This document shows, in pieces, positions 52,829-64,000 of a DNA stretch of 64,000 nt. Made by a program: the position numbers and the translations under genes. The DNA is from Vermamoeba vermiformis (Eukaryota). Numbering within the stretch: position 1 is the first letter of the stretch; each line of letters begins with the position of its first letter. Location of the stretch: contig JBEWZL010000269.1 in assembly GCA_045837725.1 (NCBI GenBank), positions 1 to 64,000 of the forward strand. Direction: 5' to 3'. Under the pieces are notes generated by a model. It did not search any database, was not told the DNA's origin, and saw nothing but the letters and a program-made list of their open reading frames with translations.

Positions 52829-53685
52829 AATAGTTTGGATGTAAAAGTCATAAATAAATTTACAAAAGTTTTGCATTAGTTTGTTGTTCCACGTGTGTGA
52901 CCGTTATTTTTTCCTACCTTTTTTCTTGCGCGGATGAGATCGATTATGTCCTCTGAAGTCGTCGGAAAATAAACCTTAGCAACCAAATATTAGTCTAATG
53001 CATATTAATATCAGTTTTAACTTACCGGTTCGTAAAGGAGTTCAACTTCTCGAATTGACGGATCAATTGACGACTTTAATCGTTCGAACTGACTAGCTGA
53101 TAAATCGTTCCTTGTTACGCGTAATCTATCAATGTGTTTGATCTGACTTATCATTGAACAAAATTCATCGAACACTTGGTCTTGAATCGTGTAATTATTG
53201 AAAATTACCGTTTTAATCTTCTGAAGTATTTCATCGCCTTTAAATAATATCTTTTTGATCCATATGATATTATCCGTTGAGATTGTCATTGCTTGGAAGT
53301 TGATCTGACTTATCTTGCATGTTTTATTGTGAATCCAACTTTTTAAATCTTTCCAATCAGACTCGTTAAATTCGTTTTCATTTACGTATAAATTTTCGAA
53401 TCGTTTCGTATGCTTTTGTAATTGTTGCTTGTCTTTGTGCTGCATGGGAATCTCAAATAACGCATCCGCTGACTCGCGATCAAATTCATACTTTGGTTCG
53501 GTGAGGAACGAAGGACTTGTTATCCGACGCCATTCTGTGTCCAATGCATTCATTGTATGTTATTGTAAGGGGAGTTATTAATCATCAATGATTAAAAAAT
53601 CTAGTCTTGAATGAGGTGTCAATTCGTCACAAAAGGCTAAATTTTATTTAATCGGGTAATTTTGGGGCCGTGAATTGATTCAAAT

Positions 53686-55712
53686 TTATGATACAGTTTT
53701 AAGACCCTCCATAAATTTTTCCGCGAAGTTGATTCTGCACCCGGGTAACTGGATCCGCTTGAAAATCATAACCCAGATCTCGAGCGGAAGAACTGAAGTG
53801 AATGCTTCTGGTCGTAGGCGCATCATAGTAATCAAAGAGTATATTCTATCAATATTTTGATGGTACGCCAGATTATTTCGTTGCAAAACTTTTTGGATGT
53901 GGACCGGGATCGGAACTTTCTGTAGTCCTAATGAAGTTAAAGACTGATTCGTTTGCAACACAGTATCTAATTTTTCGAAGAATTCATTCGGAACAGCTCC
54001 GAGCGCGGTCGTTAAATTAAGTTTTTGCAATGAGTTGTTAGTCTTCAAAACCGACAAAACTTCAGTCCAACAGCCGATTCCTTCGGCAGTCAAGCTTGCT
54101 AGTGATTTGTTAGTAGCAATTGCATGGCTGAATTTCACTAGTTGGTTTGGCAATGGCTCGAGTCCGCCTAAGCGAAGAGATGTCAAAGTGTCATTTTCGA
54201 TCAGGGCTTCTGCAAACATGTCAAAACAATCTTCGATAATATGTACGTCCAAATGCTTCAGTACTTTGTTATTCTTCAGTCCTGCTGTGAATTTTTCGAA
54301 AAAAGTTTTGACGTCGTTTAGTGGCACTTTGAGTGTCAAACTTTTGAGCGTTGAATTGACTTCCAAAATATCCGCAATGTTATCGTACCGATCTGCACGA
54401 ACAATCAGTCCCGGCTATATAAGAGATAAGGCACTTACGAGAAGGTCCGTTATAATAGGTCGTTAGTCCGTTTCCGTCTTCTATGACGGACAGCTCGGTA
54501 ATAGACGTGCTATTTTTCAAAACTTGACAGATGTCAAACTTTTTCACAGTGACGTGAGATAGTGCTAGCTTCGTAAGTTGTCCTAACAACATCGTTGATA
54601 TCTTTTCGAATCCTTTCGTTGATCCGCCGAATATATGGAGCTTTGTGACGTGTTTATTTGGCGCTATCAGGTCAGGAAAGTTGCTAGATCCGCGAAACCC
54701 GCAAGCGACTTGCAGATCTGTAATGTTTGGGATGTTGAGTATATCTTTGAACGTATCTCCTTGCATATCACATTCAATTTTCATCGAAGTCAGGCTCGGA
54801 CGTGTTAAAGACTTGCTGAGCGAGCTGATCGAGTATTGTGTCACGCCAAAGGTTGCTTGTATTTCAATATGTGTTATTCGATCATTTTCTATCAGATTTT
54901 TAAATACCGATCGATGATTGTCCCATCCATCGGTACCAATAGCTATTCGTGTAACAGATTTGTTTTGTGCGATCGCATCTGCTGCGAGCGGCAAACTCCA
55001 AGGGTTTAACGCAAATGATTGTATTGAGACATGTTCCAGCGCAGGACTATTTTTTAACGCATTGAAAAGGCACCAGCCAATGTCAAAGTCGCGAATATAA
55101 TTGATCTCTTTCATTCCGATAACAAATCTTCGCTTCTTTGTTACTTGTTCGTAAATAGAATTGTCGGACATTGCAATATATATCTAATAATTACGTTAAT
55201 TGATCCTAATTCCGCTATAATATTATTGGAAGCAGACTTACAGGTTCGTGGATGAGCTCGACTTCATTTATTGACGGATCTATCGTCGCCTGGAGTTGCT
55301 GTACTTGATGTTGGGATAATTCGTTGATTGTTATTCTTAGTCTATTAATGTTTCTGATTTTGCCGATGAGGGAACAAAAATCTTTGAATGCCTTGTCATT
55401 TTGGATCGTGTAATTGTTAAAAATGATTGTTTTGATGTTCTTGCTTTTAATCAATATCTCTGTGATATATGAAATATTCTCGGAGGTAATTGTGAGCGCT
55501 CTGAACGTTACGTGATTTATTTTGTTTTTTTTGTCTTGCATCCATGTCGTTAAATATTCCCAATCTTCCTTTTTGAACTTATCTTCACTGACATATAATT
55601 CTTCTAGCGTCTTTATACGGTCATACAATTTTTCTGGGTTGGTTTGATTAGGAATGTCGTAAACCGCTTCTTTCCAAATCGGCACGCCTGACTTGTTGGT
55701 TTTACCGTTCAT
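53686..55712 (-). CDS. Intact RI-like LRR protein with C-terminal F-box-like motif (tandem paralogue), 3 exons
   Basis: NALKNSP, LEVNSTLKSLTL, LKNNKVLKHLDV, LQTNQSLTSL; C-terminal LPLEIWVMIFKRI; introns ~55184-55241 and ~54393-54438. Confidence 0.85.
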
Positions 55713-55864
55713 TTATGATACAGGACGGTGTTACATCTATTGTTGGAATGAACGTAATCATAAAGAATGAGATCTGAGGTGTTTTTTCAGCTAACGGGAA
55801 TTCCAAAAATAAAACAGATCATCTTGATAATTTACAACGCTGTTAGTTAGTTTATTCCAAAGAG

Positions 55865-57355
55865 TTACTTATTATTATTATCTAATACTTCTACAATATT
55901 GATATCTAGATCATCGTACGAGCACTCGAACAAACAGCCTTTTTGAAGCAGATCGAACAAGTAGACGCCCTTCTTGATCTTTGAGTTCGTCACTCGCACC
56001 ATTTGATTAACATAGTGATACGCATATGCTCGTTCTTCAACGTCTTTACGGTATTGAGGCAGATCCGGATGTCCAGCAGTCGTATCCACTCGTGGTTTGA
56101 CCCACCAAGCCAAACCGTAAAAAGCGAATCGATCAGTAAATACTGAGATCGCTGGAGTTCCTATAGGCTCGTTGGGCAAGTCATATTGACCTGATCCACT
56201 GTTAGTTCTGAATTTTACTAAATAAGGAAATGTCGCGTAACTTACCCGCTTTATGTTCGGGGATCCAGCGCACCATGAACGGATGCAATGAGCTCCAACC
56301 CATAACAGCCTTCGTAACGACTTGTGGTCCTGCGATATCCCACACACCGGGATCGTACGTTGACATTAAGAAGTGCATGGCGTAATACAAAAATGGATGC
56401 ATCCGGTCGAATATCATGACCGCGCCTATTTTGTGGATAAAATTATTAGTAGAGCAATAAATAAGAAAAATAACCGCAATTTAAATTACCACGCTATTTA
56501 AAGTCCGCACACATGACATGATCCAAATTTAGCAAATTAATCGAATTTCTATTAATGGATGCGGCAAGCAGTTACCGTTAAAAATCAATTATATTAAGGT
56601 ATTAAACAATATTTGATGGTGAGTTAAGATATGAGCCGTTACTTACCGTTAATTTCGCCAGTCGCGACGTCAGATGGGTGCTGCACTCCCAAAGCATTTC
56701 GAACGTGTTCTAAATTCCTAATGACTATCGCATCTGTATCCAAATACACTCCTCCGTATTTCCAAAGCAGCGCTAGTCTCATCGCATCCGTCAAGTGGCT
56801 GAAATAGTTGCCTGAAGACTTGTACTGCGGAATATTTTGCGCCCATCGTTCTAACGGCGTGTCTTTGAATATATTATTCGTGTCTAAATAGTGGTGCACT
56901 ATATCGTAGTCATTCGTATAAAATGAAAAATCATCCAGGGTCATGTTCGAAGTAATTATGTGCAGCCTTGCATTAGGATGATGTGTAAATATGCTGTCTA
57001 TTACTCTGAAGTGCTTTAATTTGAAATCTTCGCGCTTTGTTGACCATAAAAGGAAAAAATTGAGTGGATCTTTTCCGCATTTTTTCTTGACCACTAAATT
57101 CTTGTTATCTAATTCGAATATAGGCTTCGTGCATTCTTTATCTTTAGTATCCGTATATTCGTCAATTACTTCTCCATCTCCAATATGAAACTGCAAAATT
57201 TGTTGATCGCATCCAACCGTCTTGTTGTTCGTTACTCGCAATTCTGTGACTAGTAATATTATTGCCAAAAATACAACAACTCCTAATATGAGAGTTCGTA
57301 TTGGTGTTCGTGATAATCTTCTCTTTGAAGCCGCTAAAAAGTAACTGATCGACAT
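55865..57355 (-). CDS. GT32 alpha-1,4-glycosyltransferase (A4GALT/A4GNT-like), type II membrane protein
   Basis: N-terminal TM; HLTDAMRLALLWKYGGVYLDTD (DxD); NGAVMIF..HPFL; GPQVVT. Confidence 0.9.
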
Positions 57356-57763
57356 CTACAAAACAGTTAATTTGAATATTGCAGAAAACGAAATATATAT
57401 ATTTATCATATATAATCAAATTTTTATTGATGAACTTACTTCAAATCGTGCTACTGGCGTTTTTTGATCTTTTTGGTTACGTTTACCTATTTAATTATTT
57501 TTATTATTATGCTTAGCAAATGGCACGCTGTATAAATATACTATTCGTTTATAATTGAATAAAATATTGCTTAATCAAGTCATTATTGAAATGATCTGAA
57601 ACGGCTCGATCGTTCTGAATTTAGTCAATGGGTGTGTACTTACAAGACCATAATCTCGATCATATAATCTATTGTGGTGCTAATAGGGCTGAATAATGAC
57701 GACCAATTTAATTGTTGATGCTCTAATGGGACCGAACAACAACTGACTTTTTTTTTCGTTGCA

Positions 57764-58057
57764 ACTTACGTTGTGCAGTTATGGACGGAACTGTCGTTAC
57801 TGTAGACGGTTCGCTTTTGGAGACCGTAAAGCAGGCACTTGTATTGCATGGCCAAAATCATAGTGCATTGATTGAGGCTTAGGCTCGATCAGATCGCGTG
57901 AACTGGATCGGCAGCGACTTTAAGGGCTGAAACGGGGTTGAACCATACGCAAGGCATACCCGGCAACCCTGGGCGGTCAACCGCTTTTCTGGGAATTTCT
58001 TGGCTCACGTGCTTTCTTTGTTTGTGCGGCCCCGTTTGTGCACGCCAAAAACAAAAC
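57764..58057 (+). ncRNA. Candidate ~290-nt structured RNA with some snRNA-like motifs
   Basis: Helices 57793-57802/57909-57918, 57806/57827, 57835/57866, 57868-57876/57884-57892, 57935/57969, 57971-57986; 5' ACTTACG; ATTGCAT loop; AATTTCTTGG. Confidence 0.45.
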
Positions 58058-58147
58058 ACCACAACAGGACCGTCCTTTTTCATGTTGTATTTCTAACGGA
58101 CAACACAAGAGCTTTTAGTTGATATTAAGTTTGTTTGTCCCAACCGG

Positions 58148-61100
58148 ATGGAGAAAAAAAGAAAAGCAGATGAGGCCTGGGACGACAAGCAAATACTTAA
58201 AAAATCGCGCCGCAATTCTGAAGGTATTTTTTATCGATTTATTATATTTACAAGGTTAATTCGCGAATTTAATAAGTAATTTATTTATTTGATCTAATTT
58301 TCATTTACCTCGTCGACTTTATTTCTGATTTCTCTATTTTTTAGAGTTAGAGATATTCCAAATATTTCCACAAGAGATATTACAGATTATTCTACTTTAC
58401 GTTGAAGATCCGTTGTCTATTGTTCTAGTGTCACTGACCTCAAAACGCTGGAATAATCTGGTATCACAATTATTAACAAATAGAAGGTGGCACGAAGTCT
58501 ATTTAGCCTCCAAAAAGCGGTTTAAAGTGAATATAGACGGAACACTTCTCGACCAAGGTAAGTTTAGAAAAATCTAATCAGATCTTCGCTTCTAACGTGT
58601 CATACAGTTCTAAAATCCGTTTCCTCGCCAAGCCAGAATATTTTTGAATGGGATTTTGAAATTTATGACTCGCCCGTTACGAGAGATTGCATGAAGATCC
58701 AGCAAGATCTGGTCGCTGACGACGAGTACCTTGCTAAATTTCCAATCAAATATTTCTTCGATCGTAAGATATTATTACATTAGATATAATAATAAACTGT
58801 GGCCTCTGCTAATTTTTTTGGCTAGAAAGCGACTACACGCTCTCAATGGACGGTGTCGACACAAAGCACAAAAATTACGATGCAGCCATTGACTACAAAC
58901 AACTGGCTTTGAAGTGCGAGGCCAAGTATCGCCAATTTGAACTATGGCGTGACACAAAGCCAGTTGTCGAAGCGTTCAGAAACTCCGGGTGCAGTTGTCT
59001 CAAAGAAGAAAACGAATTGGCTTTGTACGATGAAAAAGACGAAGAAATTGTCGAACTTGAGTCCAAACTCGACGTAGACTTGGATTGGTATGGATCACTG
59101 GTGCACGGTATCTTGAACAGCAAAGATTTCGATTACAGTTGGGATGAACACAGCGAGTCAGACGAAGAAATGGATGCGTCCGATAATCACACTAACAGCG
59201 CGGATAATGGTAAAAGTGACGACAAAGAGGCCATGCATAAACAAATATCTGATGCCATCAAGACGGAAGTGAACGAAGACAACAGCGATGTTGAAGATGA
59301 GTGCGAATACGATGGTTTTATTTCCATTGAACAAAGAGACAAGATTTTCGAGTGAGTCATGCAAAAAACGATTAAGGTCAATTAATAGAGCTAATTTGTT
59401 GTTTCTAGAAACGTGTCATCGTCAGAGCGCTCGCTCAAGCTGTTCATTCACGTGCTGAGTGCCGTGTTGATGGGGCATTGTCCCGCGCCATGCTGTCCCG
59501 ATTCAGCGCTCATTAGTGTAAGTCCGTGTTGCTATTGTATGTCAAACCTTTATCAAATGTTGACACGTGTCACTTCAGACAGCCAAATTCGAGCGATCCG
59601 TGGTTCGAACAGGCAATGTCGTCGATGAAGTTGTTAATCAGCTCAAATACGCCACAACACTCGATCAATCTTCGTCAATCATTTCAACGATGATTTGTGC
59701 GCTTCAAAAACTTCGCATGGCGGACTTGTTGTTCTTGAAAAATGGCGCGGAAAAGAAGTATCCGTACTTGAGCTCTGTTTATTCAGGTTCGTTATTTACA
59801 TTATCTAATACCTAGCCTATAATATTAATGTTGTACTAGTGTTCGAAGTTGAAAACAATATCTCGGAAGTGTTTTACCTCGCTGACAAAAAATGGGGAAA
59901 ATTCAATTTTCCGCAGCAAGTCAATCCGTGGACAAGTTATTTTCAAGCAGACATTGCGACTGACGATGATTTTGAAACAATGCCGGATTGGCTGTCAAGT
60001 AAGTGACACTAACGCCAAATAATAGCTGAATGTTCAATTTTTTCTTCAGTTCGTCATAGCGTTCATCGCTTAATGAGAAAAGGAGGAATTTTTTGTGCCA
60101 CACCCAATGCCACTGGTAAGTGTTTGATTATTATAATAGCGTTCTTGCGGTACTAATAACGGATCCAACAGAGTTTGCAGTCCATAAACTAAGTGAATTT
60201 ATTCACCGCACGTTGTCATCAGTTGTATCAGAGAAGAAACCGAACGAGAATGTAGTCGATGTGGCCAGTGAAGATATTTTGAAAGCCCTAGAGATGGGAC
60301 AGCTGGTTAGGGCAAAACAAACGACAATTTATACTGACAGGAGCGATTTTTATTACGAGAATCCAATTGTGATGAATTCTGACAGCGAAGATTACTCGGA
60401 CGAATCGTCAAGCGTTGATAGTGACTGGGTTGACGAGCCAATTACGGACTTAGAAGAGGGCGGTATCAACGAAAGCATAGAAGATGAAGACTACAAGGAC
60501 GACCCAATGCGTAGTATTGTACAAGAAAGTCTCAAAAAGTGCGTTCAACACGCCCAGTTTGACGCAAAGGAGGACCCTGAAGATTTTGAAATCTCAGTCA
60601 TGGAAAATTCCGACGAGGAAGATGATTCTGTGGATGAGCGTATCATCAGGCAGTAAGTTTAAGATTATAGCCTGCCTTCGTTTAAGTTTTTTCTCATCTT
60701 GTTATTGTAGCATGGTCGAGCTTTGGGATGAAACGATCGACCAAGCACCAGACCACGACGACAAAACAGCTTATTATATGCAAAAACATCTCGTTGAAGA
60801 CGCAATAGTTTACAGCGGACAAGAGTTGCAGGAAGAAGACGCGCTGGCACAATTGTTTATTCACAAATACGAAGACGACATTCCTTTTCACGACATGCCT
60901 GATGAACAACGCAACAAAATTCTTGAACTCCGAAGTACGTGACGATCGATTTATTAGTTTAATTAACGGCTCAATTTATTGTTAGAACAAACGAATCAAA
61001 TGATCAAAGAGCAATGCCAAGAAGAGCTCAGACAGTTACTGGCCACCAAGGTAACCTTGAGCCATGATTATAGTACGTTCTAGACTAACATTATCCAGTA

Positions 61101-61902
61101 CAACCGAATGAAGTACAATGCACGCATGTATGACTCGAGTATTCGAAGCGATGCTAATGAGTGCAAAACAATGATCGTTGATTTGAATGACGACAAGGCG
61201 CTCAAACACACCATTCACAAGGCTTCACAAATCATTCGTAAGCAAATGAATCTCTAAATGCTATTGGCCTTAAGTATACTTACTTTTTTTACAATAGGCT
61301 CAAGTTCCGTTCTCAAGTCTATTAAGCTCATGAACTTGCAGTGTACTAACAAAAAACAGTCAGCGCTGATAGCGCCGTTGATGAGTGACATTGCATCGAG
61401 TCCGACAATCACGTCAGTGGTGCTATTCAATTGTCACATCACATTATACGGCCCGTTGATTGATCTTATACAAAAGAACAAGCTCACAAAGTTTCATATG
61501 ATGTTTCCGATCAATTTAAGTGGAAACGATGAAGATCTTCATGGTGCAAATGAAAGTGAAAATGAATTCTTATTCGCGCTGCAAAATCAACAATCGATCA
61601 CAGATTTGATGCTGCCAATCATAGCACAGACTGAATCTCAGTTGAAATTTGTGAAAATAAGTTTCGTTCATGCACTGAAATCGATGCTCCCGCGATTAAC
61701 AACCCTTCATTTGTGGGACACTCGGAAAAACCCGGCACACCCCTTCCAGTCCGCAACATGCAGCGCCATCGCAGATATTTTAAACCAACCTCATAAGCTC
61801 AACTTGGTCGTGCTCCATTCTTGGTGCAAAATGAGCAACGAAGGTGTGAGCGAAATTATGCCCCTACTGCAAAAATTGAAGTACGCTGTAAAGGCGCATT
61901 AA
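58148..61902 (+). CDS. F-box protein with acidic tracts, a histone H4-like fold and an LRR-like C-terminus
   Basis: IFPQEILQIILLYV..VSLTSKRWNNL (F-box); VHRLMRKGG..LSEFIHRTLS..DVASEDILKALEMG; the last ORF joins via intron ~61238-61297. Confidence 0.7.
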
Positions 61903-62524
61903 CAATGCCCAGTTTTGTCCCGTAAGAATTAAAACAATCGGAATAAATTTTTGCAAGATTGTACGACAGTTTCGTTGTCAGATTGACACCGCACGTGCTT
62001 TTTCTCTTCGAATTTGCGTTTTTTCGTTTTTTTCATCCAGGAATTACAGCACAAATGCCAAAATCTTTATTGATCGAAGTACTGGAATAATAACAACTTT
62101 GGAGTCGATGTTGCAACGCAATCTCGTACCTGGGTAGTTAGCGTGGTAGCCACAACGAGGATCATATCGGCAAAAAACAAGTTGGTAATAGTCCGTAAAG
62201 ATCCAGATAATCGTAGAGAACACTAATTTTATTTTTATAAGCTGCAGCTCGATCGAGCAACCTGGATGCTTTTGATAAAAGCCAGATCGAGTAAACAATT
62301 CCGTTGGATGTCGATTCCAACAAGCTGAAAAAATTGTTAACATTACAAAAAGATAATATACAATACATCACCTATATAATTCGTAGAAACTTGAGAATAG
62401 AATCGTCGCGGGAAAATTGTTAGATAGCCCGAGAACAAGAACAACTGAAACAAAATCAGACTTGAAGCTATTATTTATTCAACCATCTTACAGACTGCGC
62501 AAGACATCAATAGAACGAACTAAC

Positions 62525-64000
62525 ATGAATTGGTCTAATTTGCCCAGCGAGATCTTGTTTTCGTCGCTGATTCAGCTTGATCTGCGTTCCTTACTTCGGT
62601 GCTCGTCTGTGTGCAAGAGCTGGCGATTGAACGTATTCGATGATCACTTATGGAAGGTCAGTCTCAAGCGCTGTTTAAATAATTAAATATTTTTGGTTGA
62701 ATTTTTCTTTATTTTTATTTTTCTTTATTCTAATTTTTCTATTTTTCTAAAGCACCTTTACCACGTCGATTTTACGTTCGATAATACTATGCCATATGAA
62801 AATCAATCCTGGCGATTTTTACATCTTCGAAAATCGAAAGTTTACAAGGCAATCCAAACTGGAAAGTGAGTTAGCAACGATTTTTTATGCCGAAAATACA
62901 TCACTAACTTCGTATTACTAGCGTATATATCAAAACTCTTATTGCAAGCCACGAGGTGCATAGCGAAAACAGATTCATTGGCCCACATATTTCGATGCAT
63001 AAAGACAACGTAATTGCAACCTGTGGCAGACAAGCGAGCACGAATTCTGTTAAAGTAATCGGTTGTCAAGCAAAAAATATTTATACTGAGGAGGTCTCTA
63101 AGGTACGCGTGCTAATTTCACTTTTTTTTTGGATCGACTGATCTGGTATTTTTAGCAACTCGGCAGATCTTGGTACTCTGTAGCCATAGGAGATTACTTA
63201 CTATCATTCGTACGTATAGGACAATATCCATTATACACTAATACTCCATTTAGAACGTTGACACCTACTTGGCTGTCGAATGGCATACTTTAAAAGCCAC
63301 CAAAATCTCCTACGGAGATATCTCCGAGATTAAATTTGCAGCTGAACGAAATCTCCCGTGGCATGACGGTCACTTCAAACAAGCTATTTTTAACGCTGAT
63401 CCGACGGTAACTCAAGTCATTGGAGTGGAGCCAAGGTGAGTTCAGCTGGTGCAAGTATTTTTTAATAATGAATCATATACTACCAGATTTGGCAACTCTG
63501 TGCTATATGACTGGGTGAAAAATGAAAAAATTGACCTTTCAACGCGGATCCAAGGACCAGCGCTGGCGTTCTGTAAAAACACTATTGTTTCTACTACACC
63601 CGGTGTGTTATACATCTATCAAGACTTTGAACTCGTGCGCCAGCTACCGATTGATACAGGGGTTTATTACGCGGCGTTGAACGATACCTTGGTACGGATC
63701 TAAATTTTCGACTTTTCACTTGCGCTAATTTCTTTTGTTATTTTAACAGTTAGTTTGTTCAACGATTCAGTTCATATGGATATTTGATAGACGCAATAAT
63801 TACGCAGTATTTAAGTTGAAATACCTACAAAATTTCCCGCTCTTTTTGTTCGACGATCTGCTCGTGTTTCGACTTAAATCTGGATTGACTTTTTACGACG
63901 TGAGTGCACGAAAAACACTTGGCTCAGTGTTCTATCGAGGATCTATGGCGAAACATGTCATTAAGGTACGTTGATCATCGATCTTTTTTGTGACGTTTCA
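62525..64000 (+). CDS. F-box protein with probable beta-propeller C-terminus (runs out of window)
   Basis: WSNLPSEILFSSLIQLDLRSLLRCSSVCKSWR...DDHLWK. Confidence 0.8.

Larger units (their letters stand above)
48506..52918. mobile_element. Full-length 4413-bp TIR DNA transposon (Mutator-like/DxxH group) carrying two genes
   Basis: Perfect 31-bp TIRs GGTAGGAAAAAATAACGGTCACACACGTGGA (48506-48536; reverse complement 52888-52918); 8-bp TSD TTTTTTCT (48498-48505, 52919-52926). Confidence 0.95.
47069..53553 (-). pseudogene. RI-like LRR protein with C-terminal F-box-like motif, interrupted by the transposon
   Basis: The exon starting at 53553 splices (donor ~53025) to VYFPTTSEDIIDLIRARKKFIVLNYQSIRTLKSWG; this frame is restored exactly by removing the element plus one TSD, and it aligns to paralogue 53686-55712. 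Confidence 0.85.

Noticed and set aside
48506-52918. Merlin/IS1595 or hAT assignment from GG termini and the 8-bp TSD
   Set aside because: The protein has DHTYK / TDN / DIYH / TSALEAWH motifs and spacing of the Mutator-like DxxH type, not Merlin or hAT signatures.
54366-54440. Apparent frameshift in the intact LRR paralogue
   Set aside because: Explained by a GTAAGT..GCAG intron that restores the frame (PSHRYDNIADILEVN).
57764-58057. Canonical U1 snRNA
   Set aside because: Lacks ACTTACCTG and the GATCACGAAG loop, and the helix order and length differ; kept only as a candidate ncRNA.
61258-61902. Separate 214-aa gene
   Set aside because: Its ATG lies inside an intron; the ORF splices in frame onto the 58148 gene.
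1-64000. tRNA, rRNA and CRISPR arrays
   Set aside because: None recognised by eye; the regularly spaced repeats at 22.7-28.2 kb are coding exons separated by introns, not CRISPR repeats and spacers.

Overview
Gene-dense nuclear DNA from an intron-rich eukaryote, with AT-rich introns of about 50 bp and GTAAGT/GTACGT/GTATGT donors. A free-living protist, possibly an amoebozoan, is my inference. About 25 spliced protein genes can be reconstructed by hand: THUMP, CoiA-like nuclease, LRR-SAM-U-box, beta-helix, PhyH-like dioxygenase, MORN, DUF3605, Rab-like, two Cys-repeat surface proteins, DUF4139, DCC1-like, ChrA, DUF547, ankyrin, G1-peptidase-like, LRR paralogues, GT32 and F-box proteins. Highlights: (1) an apparently intact 4.4-kb DNA transposon (48506-52918) with perfect 31-bp TIRs and an 8-bp TSD. 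It splits an LRR gene and encodes a spliced Mutator-like/DxxH DDE transposase plus a divergent nuclear accessory gene with a BAH-like domain. (2) Several GC-richer, ORF-poor, heavily base-paired islands that look like unannotated structured RNAs; one fills a 763-nt intron just before a peptidase's presumed catalytic Glu. (3) Sharp CpG loss over the Cys-repeat genes. (4) Odd domain fusions (F-box plus histone H4-like fold, F-box plus degenerate GTPase). Gene models, family calls and RNA pairings were made by eye and need computational confirmation.
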